A DNA stretch of 64,000 nt from Bacteroidota bacterium. GTDB lineage: Bacteria > Bacteroidota > Bacteroidia > UKL13-3. The translations under genes were made by a program, and so were the position numbers. The notes below the pieces were generated by a model, which was given only the letters and a program-made list of their open reading frames with translations, ran no database searches and was not told the DNA's origin. Below are positions 49,348 through 58,033 of this stretch, one piece after another. The stretch covers positions 33,744 to 97,743 of the forward strand of contig JANYDU010000027.1 of the NCBI GenBank assembly GCA_025359805.1. The letters run 5' to 3'. Within the stretch, counting starts at the first letter, position 1. Each line of letters starts with the position of its first letter.

Positions 49348-49440
49348 ACCATTCAAAATATTCTCACACTAATTTCGCTATTTTTTATCAAACTTAATCT
49401 GTGAAATCTGTGGGTAAGTAATATTCGTTTTATATCAACA

Positions 49441-49468
49441 ATTAAACAAAAATTAAAATGCTATTAAA
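49441..49468 (+). promoter_or_regulatory. Three 11-bp-phased direct repeats ATTAAA-caaaa-ATTAAA-atgct-ATTAAA upstream of the SulP gene
   Basis: Same architecture as 44877-44904. The array ends 37 nt before the TACATTTG -7 box. Confidence 0.65.
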
Positions 49469-49505
49469 TAAGTAATGATGATAGCACAGAACTTTATTAA
49501 GGCAA

Positions 49506-49513
49506 TACATTTG
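49506..49513 (+). promoter_or_regulatory. -7 promoter box TACATTTG for the SulP gene
   Basis: Exact TAnnTTTG match 45 nt upstream of the ATG at 49558. Confidence 0.6.
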
Positions 49514-49557
49514 TTCTTCGAAAAAATAAAAATCATTATAAAATAATATAAAAAATT

Positions 49558-51210
49558 ATGACACAAAATAAAGTAAAACTAGAAATTCCTAAAGATTATA
49601 TCCCAGGTTTAAAACAAAACTGGAAGAATGATTTGCTATCAGGTTTTATTATTTCGCTTATCGCATTGCCACTTTGTTTGGGAATTGCAATGGCTTCAGG
49701 CGTTCCACCAATGGCAGGTATTATAGCAGGTATTATTGGCGGTATTGTATTGTCGCTCACAAGTGGTTCATACGTTACCATAAATGGTCCTGCAGCAGGT
49801 TTAGCCATCATTGTTTTAATGTCGATGGAAGGATTTAAAAAAATGGCACCAGCAGGATTATCTCCTGAACAAGTTGATATGTTTGCCTACCAATGTACAC
49901 TTGCAGTTGGTGTTGGTTGTGGTGTTCTTCAATTATTATTTGGATTGGTTAAAGCTGGAGTTTTAAGCAATTTTTTTCCATCTTCTGTAGTGCATGGAAT
50001 GTTAGCAGCTATTGGAATCATGATTTTTTCAAAACAAATTCATACTGCTTTAGGAGTAAAACCTCAAGGCAAAGAAATGTTAGAAATTATTGGTGAAATT
50101 CCACACAGCATTCTAAACATGAACCCTGATGTAGTAATTATTTCATTAGTGAGTTTGGCTATATTAATTGGATTGCCAATGATAAAAAATAAATATGTAA
50201 AAATGCTTCCAGCTCCACTCATTGTTGTTTTAATTGCTATTCCACTTGGTCATTATTTTGATTTAGAGCATGAACATACTTATTTGTTTTTAGATACTCA
50301 CCAATATACACTTGGTCCAAAATTTTTGGTAAGTCTTCCTGCAAATGTTTTAGATGGAATTATTTTCCCGCGCTTTGATATGTTGTTTACGGGTTTCGGA
50401 ATTCAAATGGTTATTACTTATGCTTTAGTTGCCAGTTTAGAATCATTACTTACTGCCGCAGCAATTGATAAATTAGACCCTTACAAACGTGAATCTAATT
50501 TTAACCGCGAATTATTTGCAAAAGGTTCGGGTAATATTTTATCGAGTATGATTGGTGGATTGCCAATGATTGCCGAAGTGGTTCGTAGTTCTGCCAATTT
50601 AAATAATGGCGCAAAAACACGTTGGAGTAACTTCTTCCATGGAATGTTTTTGTTAATTTTTGTTGTGTTTTTAGGAACAATGATTCATCAAATACCCTTG
50701 GCTGCACTTGCCGCTATGCTTATGGTTACAGGTTATAGATTAGCTTCACCTAAAGAATTTTTAAAAACATACCATATTGGAAAAGAGCAATTGTTTATTT
50801 TTGTTTCTACCATTATTGTAACTATTGCTACCGATTTGTTATACGGAATTGCTGCTGGTATTTTAATTAAATTTATTATCCATACCATTAACGGAGTACC
50901 TCTTAAAAGTTTATTTAAACCTTTTTTAACTATTAATGAAATTGATGATACACATTATGAAATTGATGTAAATCATTCAGCTATTTTTAGTAACTATATT
51001 GGCTTAAGAAAGCAAATAGATGCGTTACCAAAAGGTAAAAATATTGTTGTTGATTTTACTAATGCAAAATTAGTAGATCATACTGTAATGGAAAATATGC
51101 ACGAGATGGCTCATAAGTATGAAGACAATGGCGGGTCGTTTAAATTAATTGGATTTGAATCACATAAACCTTTATCAGCGCATCCTCACGCATCACGTAA
51201 AAAAGTGTGA
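49558..51210 (+). CDS. SulP-family anion transporter with C-terminal STAS domain (BicA-type bicarbonate transporter candidate)
   Basis: 550 aa with a multi-pass SulP core (SGFIISLIALPLCLGIAMASGVPP) and a STAS-like tail (IVVDFTNAKLVDHTVMENM). Confidence 0.88.
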   Translation: MTQNKVKLEIPKDYIPGLKQNWKNDLLSGFIISLIALPLCLGIAMASGVPPMAGIIAGIIGGIVLSLTSGSYVTINGPAAGLAIIVLMSMEGFKKMAPAGLSPEQVDMFAYQCTLAVGVGCGVLQLLFGLVKAGVLSNFFPSSVVHGMLAAIGIMIFSKQIHTALGVKPQGKEMLEIIGEIPHSILNMNPDVVIISLVSLAILIGLPMIKNKYVKMLPAPLIVVLIAIPLGHYFDLEHEHTYLFLDTHQYTLGPKFLVSLPANVLDGIIFPRFDMLFTGFGIQMVITYALVASLESLLTAAAIDKLDPYKRESNFNRELFAKGSGNILSSMIGGLPMIAEVVRSSANLNNGAKTRWSNFFHGMFLLIFVVFLGTMIHQIPLAALAAMLMVTGYRLASPKEFLKTYHIGKEQLFIFVSTIIVTIATDLLYGIAAGILIKFIIHTINGVPLKSLFKPFLTINEIDDTHYEIDVNHSAIFSNYIGLRKQIDALPKGKNIVVDFTNAKLVDHTVMENMHEMAHKYEDNGGSFKLIGFESHKPLSAHPHASRKKV

Positions 51211-51266
51211 TCGGCAATTAATTACTTATAATCACAGATAGTTTTTATCTCTTTATAAATATAAAA

Positions 51267-51944
51267 ATGAAAATATTAGTTATTGAAGACGAACCTAAAG
51301 TAGCTTCTTTTATTAAACAAGGATTAGAAGAACAATCCAATGATGTAACAGTTGCATTTGATGGGTTTTTTGGAAAAAAATTAGCCACTGAAAATCATTA
51401 TGATGTGATTATTATGGATTTGATGATTCCATATATTAATGGTTTAGAGCTATGCAAAACACTTAGAGCCGAAGGAATAAAAACTCCAGTATTAATGCTT
51501 ACGGCACTTGGAACAACAGATGATAAAGTAACAGGGCTTGATGCAGGGGCTGATGATTATTTAGTAAAACCTTTTGAGTTTAAAGAATTGCTGGCTCGTT
51601 TGCGTGCACTCACAAAAAGATATACCGATAATGTACATGAAATAAAAGTACTTGGCATTGCAGATTTGGAAATGAATTTAGATGAAAAAAGTGTACGCAG
51701 ATCGGGGAAACAAATTGAACTTACCGCAAAAGAATTTGGCTTGCTTGAATATTTTTTGAAGAACAAAAATCGTGTTGTTTCCAGAACTGAAATTGCTGAA
51801 AAAGTTTGGGATATACATTTTGATACTGGTACTAACGTTATTGACGTGTATATTAATTTTCTTCGCAAAAAAATTGATAAAGAGTTTACACCAAAACTTA
51901 TTCATACTATGGTGGGCATGGGTTATGTAATGAAAGTAGAGTAG
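51267..51944 (+). CDS. OmpR/PhoB-family response regulator with no adjacent histidine kinase
   Basis: Receiver domain (VIEDEP..IMDLMIP..VKPF) and winged helix (LTAKEFGLLEYFL..IHTMVGMGYV). The next gene is convergent (coaE). Confidence 0.9.
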   Translation: MKILVIEDEPKVASFIKQGLEEQSNDVTVAFDGFFGKKLATENHYDVIIMDLMIPYINGLELCKTLRAEGIKTPVLMLTALGTTDDKVTGLDAGADDYLVKPFEFKELLARLRALTKRYTDNVHEIKVLGIADLEMNLDEKSVRRSGKQIELTAKEFGLLEYFLKNKNRVVSRTEIAEKVWDIHFDTGTNVIDVYINFLRKKIDKEFTPKLIHTMVGMGYVMKVE

Positions 51945-51976
51945 TAAATATTTTTTTTGATTTAAAACATACTGCA

Positions 51977-52570
51977 TTAAACAGCACCAAATTGTTTATG
52001 CAATTTCAATACTTGAGGAATTAATAACTCAATCTCATTATTTATAATTTCAAATTGTCCAAGGGATAATTTTTCTTCTTCGCTCATTTGATTTTTCATG
52101 CGTGATAAAACAGCATCACGAGAAATGCCATCTCGTTTCATAGCACGTTCAATTCGCAACTCTTGAGGAGCTGTTACCACAATTATTTTATCTAATTGCT
52201 TATAACTTTCACTTTCAAACATTAATGCGGCTTCTTTAATGAGGTATGTTGAAGAAGTTTGTGCTGAACACCAATTATCAAAATCTTTATATACAGCAGG
52301 GTGAACGACTCCATTTAGTTGCTCCAATAAGTGTTTGTTTTGAAACGCCTGAGATGAAATAAAAGCACGATGGAGCACTCCATTTTGATAAGATTCTTCT
52401 CCAAATATTTGTTTAATTTTTTGGATGAGTAAAACATCTTCAACCATTAATATCTTAGCTCGAGAATCGGCATCATAAACAGAAATACCAAGCTGCATAA
52501 ATATTTTACTAACGGTACTTTTGCCGCTCCCAATGCAACCAGTTATTCCTATTTTTAGTTTTGGGTTCAC
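51977..52570 (-). CDS. coaE: Dephospho-CoA kinase
   Basis: P-loop GITGCIGSGKST. GTG start at 52570. Confidence 0.9.
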   Translation of the reverse strand: MNPKLKIGITGCIGSGKSTVSKIFMQLGISVYDADSRAKILMVEDVLLIQKIKQIFGEESYQNGVLHRAFISSQAFQNKHLLEQLNGVVHPAVYKDFDNWCSAQTSSTYLIKEAALMFESESYKQLDKIIVVTAPQELRIERAMKRDGISRDAVLSRMKNQMSEEEKLSLGQFEIINNEIELLIPQVLKLHKQFGAV

Positions 52571-52584
52571 AGTTGTCAGTTATC

Positions 52585-52631
52585 AGTTCACAGTTTTTAG
52601 TTGATAAACAAAGCACTAAAAACTGTGAACT
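52585..52631 (-). promoter_or_regulatory. Perfect 17-bp stem hairpin between yajC and coaE, embedded in CAGTT heptamer repeats
   Basis: AGTTCACAGTTTTTAGT (52585-52601) pairs with ACTAAAAACTGTGAACT (52615-52631). A third copy of GTTCACAGTT at 52565-52574 contains the coaE GTG start. Confidence 0.7.
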
Positions 52632-52636
52632 AACAA

Positions 52637-52969
52637 TTATTTTTTCTCTTCTTTTTTAGGAGCATTTAATAGCTGAGAAGCTTCCATAGAAATAGAAGTC
52701 TTATCAACTTTTAATTTTGTTCCTTCACTTTCGATAATAAAATAAGTATCGCCCACATCAGTAATTTTCCCATGAATACCACCGATGGTAACTATCTTAA
52801 GTCCTTTATCTAAAGTTTCACGAAATTTCTTTTGTGCTTTGGTTTTCTTCATTTGTGGGTATATCATGAAGAAATAAAATACCACCATAATTAAAATTAA
52901 TGGAAGGAATGATGAAATTGGATTGCTGCCTTGTGCTGGCGACATCAAAAAAATGTTTAGCATTGTCAT
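52637..52969 (-). CDS. yajC: Preprotein translocase subunit YajC
   Basis: 110 aa with a single TM segment followed by FYFFMIYPQMKKTKAQKKF and IVTIGGIHGKI. Confidence 0.9.
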   Translation of the reverse strand: MTMLNIFLMSPAQGSNPISSFLPLILIMVVFYFFMIYPQMKKTKAQKKFRETLDKGLKIVTIGGIHGKITDVGDTYFIIESEGTKLKVDKTSISMEASQLLNAPKKEEKK

Positions 52970-52994
52970 ATTTAGTTATTTGTTATTAGTTTAA

Positions 52995-53474
52995 TCAATG
53001 TGAATTTGGTAAGGTTGTTTGAGGTTTTGCTTTTATAATTCCACCAATAGTAAGCGTGGTGGTTAATGGATTTGTATTGGCAGTAACCATTACTTCTTTT
53101 CTAAATGCATCAATGCGCATTTCGCTATTAAATTTTACTTTTATTTTCCCTTCACCACCCGGACTAATAGGTTCTTTAGGATAATCAGGAACGGTACATC
53201 CGCAGCTTGCCGTTGCACTCGAAATTAATAAATCAGTACCTCCTGTATTTTTAAACTTAAATTCATATTCTACAATTTCGCCTTGTGTAATAGTGCCAAA
53301 ATCGTGTTCGGTTTTTTCAAAAATAATTGTTGCTCCATCTTCAGAGTTAGTTTGTGTTTTTGAACTATCAGCCGTTGCCGCAATATTCACTAAATCAGTT
53401 GATGCCTTTTGTGTTTTTTTTTCACCACAAGAAAAAATAAAAACAGTTGCAGTTAATAAAATTACTGTTCGCAT
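52995..53474 (-). CDS. DUF1573 domain lipoprotein
   Basis: Lipobox ..VFIFSCG from ATG 53474 and the characteristic ATASCGCT motif. Confidence 0.85.
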   Translation of the reverse strand: MRTVILLTATVFIFSCGEKKTQKASTDLVNIAATADSSKTQTNSEDGATIIFEKTEHDFGTITQGEIVEYEFKFKNTGGTDLLISSATASCGCTVPDYPKEPISPGGEGKIKVKFNSEMRIDAFRKEVMVTANTNPLTTTLTIGGIIKAKPQTTLPNSH

Positions 53475-53515
53475 GGTATACAATTTATAACTCATCATTT
53501 ATAACTTTAAATTTA

Positions 53516-54460
53516 TTACTCCACCAAACCTCTTCCTAATTTCTCTATTTGATTATTCTTTTTTAGGTCGAGATGAATTTTATCTAATACTCCGTTAATA
53601 AATCCATGGCTATTTGGAGTGCTATATAGTTTTGCCAACTCAAGATACTCGTTGATGCTAACTTTTACTGGTATGTGCGGAAATTTTAAAATTTCACACA
53701 ACGCCATTTTCATCATTAGCATATCAACCATTGCTATTCTATCTGCCTCCCAATTTTTGGTTTTATCGGCAATGAGTTTTAATAATTCATCATCATTTTC
53801 AATGGTTAGATGATACAAATCTTTCATAAATTTTTGATCCTCATCATCGCCCGAATTTAACTTGTCAATAAAATCGCTCAAGTTATTTTCCTTTAAACCT
53901 TGTATGGTTTTAAGTAGCGTAATGGTAATGGTTACTTGATCATCCTCCCAATTTAAAAATTGCTCTTCTGTAAACTGATTAAAATATTCTGAGTCGCCAA
54001 TAAGCAATTCAAAAATTTCGCCCAATATTTTTTTATCATCAGCAAATGAGTGTTCTGTTTGAGAAATATAATTTACCATGGTTTCGCTTTCACGAATTTC
54101 CGCAAAAATATTTTTGTACAATTCCTCAGTATTGCTCCATTTACTTCTTATATTTTTTAAGCGTTGAGTTAAAAATTCATTTTGTTCAAGCAATGCAATT
54201 GCCTTATTATTCATCAATGCTTGAAGTGGGGCAATGGTATTTTGAACAGGGAAATGTTTGGACGTTTGAATATCTAATTCTTTGCTAATATAAAATTTAA
54301 ACTCGGTAGGAAATGCTAATAGGAAAAGAAATAAATCATAAGATTTATCAAGACTTTTAAGCAGAGTTTTTTCGTGTGTGTATCTACTGCCTTCGTCATC
54401 CTGATAGAATGCGTACAAAGCCTGAAACACTTTTATCCTCAAAAATCTTCTGTTGAACAT
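53516..54460 (-). CDS. nusB: Transcription antitermination factor NusB (long Bacteroidota form)
   Basis: N-terminus MFNRRFLRIKVFQALYAF and a C-terminal NusB fold region (ADRIAMVDMLMMKMALCEIL, INEYLELAKLYSTPNSHGFINGVLDKI). Confidence 0.88.
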   Translation of the reverse strand: MFNRRFLRIKVFQALYAFYQDDEGSRYTHEKTLLKSLDKSYDLFLFLLAFPTEFKFYISKELDIQTSKHFPVQNTIAPLQALMNNKAIALLEQNEFLTQRLKNIRSKWSNTEELYKNIFAEIRESETMVNYISQTEHSFADDKKILGEIFELLIGDSEYFNQFTEEQFLNWEDDQVTITITLLKTIQGLKENNLSDFIDKLNSGDDEDQKFMKDLYHLTIENDDELLKLIADKTKNWEADRIAMVDMLMMKMALCEILKFPHIPVKVSINEYLELAKLYSTPNSHGFINGVLDKIHLDLKKNNQIEKLGRGLVE

Positions 54461-54488
54461 GTAAAGAACCTAAATTATAAATGGTATT

Positions 54489-54526
54489 GAAAATAAAATG
54501 TCGAATGAGTTATTCATCCGACATTT
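54489..54526 (-). terminator. Rho-independent terminator after the Leu/Val dehydrogenase gene
   Basis: 13-bp stem with 1 mismatch (54496-54508 / 54514-54526), loop GTTAT, and a U-rich tract downstream on the minus strand. Confidence 0.7.
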
Positions 54527-54533
54527 AAAAATA

Positions 54534-55634
54534 TTAATAAGTAGCTCTAACGTGTTTAATATCGTTAATGCGTTTTTCTGCTAAATTCATCGCTGCTTGT
54601 TGTGTATGTGTTTTTGATAACTCGGCAGCTTTATAAATTTGTAATGTTACATCATAAATATGTTCTGTACTTCGCATGGCTGTTTCGCGATTGTAACCAA
54701 TATGCTCTTGGTAAACATTGATTAGACCTCCTGCATTAATTAAAAAATCAGGAGCATAAGCAATTCCTTTTTCAACCAACATTGGGCCATGAATGTTTTC
54801 ATCTGCAAGCTGATTATTTGCTGCTCCAGCAATAATTTTACATTTTAATTTATTGATATTATCAGTATTTAAAATAGCTCCCATTGCGCATGGTGCAAAC
54901 ACATCTACATCTAATGCAAATATTTCGTCACCTTTAACAACAGTAGCTCCAAATTCTTTTACATATTTTGCTAAAGCCTCTTCATTAATATCGCTGATAA
55001 ATAATTTTGCACCTTCTTTATGTAAATGCTCTAATAAATGTCCTCCCACTTTTCCAATTCCTTGAACCGCAATTTTTTTTCCTCTTAAGCTATCATTTCC
55101 CCAAACATGTTGTGCAGAAGCTTTCATTCCCATATATGCTCCATAAGCCGTAACAGGAGATGGATCTCCACCACCACCCATTGATTCGGGTAAACCAACC
55201 ACGTGAGATGTTTCCATGTTCACATATTCCATATCTTTAGTTGTGGTGTTCACATCTTCAGCAGTTATATATTTACCATGAAGATTTTCAACAAAACGAC
55301 CAAATTTACGCATTAATGCTTCTGTTTTAATTGTTTTTGCATCGCCAATAATTACCGCTTTTGCTCCTCCTAAATTTAATCCAGATATTGCAGCTTTATA
55401 AGTCATACCACGTGATAAACGAAGTACATCATTTACCGCATCAGCTTCGTTGGTGTAATTCCAGATACGCGTGCCACCTAACCCAGGACCCAAAACGGTA
55501 TTGTGAATAGCGATAATCGCTTTTAATCCTGTGTGTTTATCTTGGCAAAAAACCAACTCTTCGTGATCGTGTGTAAACAATTGACCGAAGATCTCGCCAG
55601 AAGTTGTTTGAGCTGCTCCTTGTGTAGTTGACAT
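54534..55634 (-). CDS. Leu/Phe/Val dehydrogenase (Glu/Leu/Phe/Val dehydrogenase family)
   Basis: Catalytic Lys region LNLGGAKAVIIGD, Rossmann motif VQGIGKVGGHL and a length of 366 aa. Confidence 0.9.
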   Translation of the reverse strand: MSTTQGAAQTTSGEIFGQLFTHDHEELVFCQDKHTGLKAIIAIHNTVLGPGLGGTRIWNYTNEADAVNDVLRLSRGMTYKAAISGLNLGGAKAVIIGDAKTIKTEALMRKFGRFVENLHGKYITAEDVNTTTKDMEYVNMETSHVVGLPESMGGGGDPSPVTAYGAYMGMKASAQHVWGNDSLRGKKIAVQGIGKVGGHLLEHLHKEGAKLFISDINEEALAKYVKEFGATVVKGDEIFALDVDVFAPCAMGAILNTDNINKLKCKIIAGAANNQLADENIHGPMLVEKGIAYAPDFLINAGGLINVYQEHIGYNRETAMRSTEHIYDVTLQIYKAAELSKTHTQQAAMNLAEKRINDIKHVRATY

Positions 55635-55715
55635 AGTATTTTATTTATTGAGTTTTTTAATTGAAGTTTGCAAAAGTAAATCAAAATTTGGTTTTTCATA
55701 ATCGACATTGATAAG

Positions 55716-57506
55716 TTGAAAGCACTCAAACATCTTAATAAATATTTTTATAAATACAGGCTACGTTTTATACTTGGACTCATATTCGTTACGGCTTCAA
55801 ATTTATTTGCCGTTTTTCCTGCACAGTCTGTTCGTATTGCCATTGATTTAATTCAAGAAAACTTAAACCTCTATCAGTTATATAATGGCACTTCCATGCA
55901 AGCAAATGTGGAGCATCAGGTAGGATGGGTATTATTATATTTTTCAGGATTGGTTTTACTTTTTGCTTTGATAAAAGGTGTGTTTATGTATTTGATGAGG
56001 CAGACTTTAATTGTGATGTCGCGCTTTGTTGAATATGATTTAAAGAACGAAATTTTCAATCATTATCAGCAACTTTCATTATCCTTTTATAGAAAAAATA
56101 ATACTGGTGATTTGATGGCGAGAATTTCTGAAGATGTTGGAAGAGTTCGCATGTATATTGGTCCTGCGGTAATGTACCTAATGAACCTAGCTGTTACTAT
56201 TATTGTGGTAGTGTGGGCTATGTTTTCGGTAAACATAAAGCTGAGTATTTATGTTTTAATACCATTGCCAATTTTATCATACGCCATTTTTTATGTCAAT
56301 AATATTATTCATCAAAGGAGTGATGCTATTCAATCACAATTATCAAAAGTAACTTCATTTGTGCAAGAAGCATTTTCAGGAATGCGTGTTATTAAAACAT
56401 TTGCAGTTGAGGATTATTCTCGAGAAGATTTTGAAACCTATGCCGATGAATATAGAAACCGTTCTATGGATTTGGCAAAAGTGGACGCTACATTTTTTCC
56501 GTTGATGGTTTTTTTAACAGGTATGAGCACGCTTATTACCATTTTTGTAGGAGGGATGTTGGTTATTAGTGGCGACATTAGTATTGGTAATATTGCAGAG
56601 TTTGTAATTTATGTAAACATGTTGGTATGGCCCGTGGCTTCATTAGGTTTTACAACTTCTTTAATTCAACGTGCAGCGGCTTCTCAACAGCGTATCAATG
56701 AGTTTTTAAATACCAAACCCGAAATCATTTCTGATAACGATGAACCTTTTATTTTTGAAAAAAGTATTGCATTTAAAAATGTAAGTTTTTGTTATCCAAA
56801 CAAAACAGAGTATGCGCTAAAAAATGTTTCCTTTAAAGTAAATAGGGGAGATACACTTGCTATTTTAGGAACAACAGGTTCGGGTAAATCAACCATTGTG
56901 CAATTATTATTACGTATGATGGATGTGAATGAAGGCGATATTTTATATGATGAAAAAGATATAAAAACCATCAATACAAAAGAGTTGAAAAAACAAATTG
57001 GTTACGCTCCTCAAGATGTATTTTTATTTTCGGATACCATTGCCAATAATATTTCATTTGGATTAACAAGTGATGCACAACATATTGACGAGTTGATTAA
57101 AGAAGCTTCAAACAATGCAGCACTCACATCAAACATAAACGATATGCCAAATGGTTTTGCAACTATTGTTGGCGAGCGTGGAATCACTTTATCAGGCGGG
57201 CAAAAACAACGCGTTTCCATTGCCAGAGCGTTAATCAAAAATCCAGAAATATTAATTTTTGATGATTGTCTTTCGGCAGTTGATAATAAAACTGAATCGG
57301 AAATTTTAGAAAATTTACAACGAATTATGAAAGGTAAAACTGCTTTTATAATTAGCCATAGGGTTTCGAGTGTAAAAGATGCCAGCCATATTTTAGTATT
57401 GGATAAAGGAGAAATTGTTGAAGCCGGAAACCATATTGATTTATTGATGAAGAACGCACGCTATGCAGAGCTTTACCAAAGTCAGTTACAGGAAGAAGTG
57501 GCTTAA
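55716..57506 (+). CDS. ABC exporter with fused permease and ATPase (MsbA-like)
   Basis: Six-TM N-terminal domain, Walker A GTTGSGKST, signature LSGGQKQR and Walker B ILIFDD. TTG start. Confidence 0.92.
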   Translation: MKALKHLNKYFYKYRLRFILGLIFVTASNLFAVFPAQSVRIAIDLIQENLNLYQLYNGTSMQANVEHQVGWVLLYFSGLVLLFALIKGVFMYLMRQTLIVMSRFVEYDLKNEIFNHYQQLSLSFYRKNNTGDLMARISEDVGRVRMYIGPAVMYLMNLAVTIIVVVWAMFSVNIKLSIYVLIPLPILSYAIFYVNNIIHQRSDAIQSQLSKVTSFVQEAFSGMRVIKTFAVEDYSREDFETYADEYRNRSMDLAKVDATFFPLMVFLTGMSTLITIFVGGMLVISGDISIGNIAEFVIYVNMLVWPVASLGFTTSLIQRAAASQQRINEFLNTKPEIISDNDEPFIFEKSIAFKNVSFCYPNKTEYALKNVSFKVNRGDTLAILGTTGSGKSTIVQLLLRMMDVNEGDILYDEKDIKTINTKELKKQIGYAPQDVFLFSDTIANNISFGLTSDAQHIDELIKEASNNAALTSNINDMPNGFATIVGERGITLSGGQKQRVSIARALIKNPEILIFDDCLSAVDNKTESEILENLQRIMKGKTAFIISHRVSSVKDASHILVLDKGEIVEAGNHIDLLMKNARYAELYQSQLQEEVA

Positions 57507-57645
57507 TTATTAGCATCATTTGGCGTTAAGCAATTGTTGCAACAAATTAAATAATAGAAATGCCTCACAAATTATTTTGAAAAGTGAAAAGCAACCTATA
57601 TTTTGCTCGAAATTTAATTAAACAAAAAAACAATTTTAGAAAACA

Positions 57646-57984
57646 ATGGAGGATTACAATCAAGGCGACAGGCAAGAGATTTTTTCTAAAAAGATCAGGG
57701 CCGGAAAAAGAACTTATTTCTTTGATGTGAAAACAACTAAAGGTAACGATTATTTTATAACCATTACCGAAAGTAAAAAACGATTTGAAGATGGAAGTTT
57801 TGTGAAGCACAAAATTTTTCTTTACAAAGAAGATTTTAACAAATTTATGGAAGCATTAGGCGATACTATTAGTCATGTAAAAACAGAGTTGATGCCAGAG
57901 TTTAACTTCGATGAATTTTCTCGTGAAAATTATCATCACGAAACAAACAATACTGATAATGCTGAAGAAAGTGAAATGGCATAG
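57646..57984 (+). CDS. PUR-alpha-like nucleic-acid-binding protein (DUF3276)
   Basis: KIRAGKRTYFFDVKTTKGNDYFITITESKKR and KHKIFLYKEDFNKFMEAL. Confidence 0.85.
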   Translation: MEDYNQGDRQEIFSKKIRAGKRTYFFDVKTTKGNDYFITITESKKRFEDGSFVKHKIFLYKEDFNKFMEALGDTISHVKTELMPEFNFDEFSRENYHHETNNTDNAEESEMA

Positions 57985-58033
57985 TGCTAATTAAAAACAA
58001 AATAAATTTAACAAACAATAATTATTAACAATC

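Noticed and set aside
57531-57542. Perfect 12-bp palindrome TTGTTGCAACAA upstream of the DUF3276 gene, and a 9-bp inverted repeat (24084-24092 / 24101-24109) just upstream of the M20 gene
   Set aside because: Each is a single short palindrome in AT-rich DNA, with no second copy or associated regulator in the window. That is too weak to call an operator.
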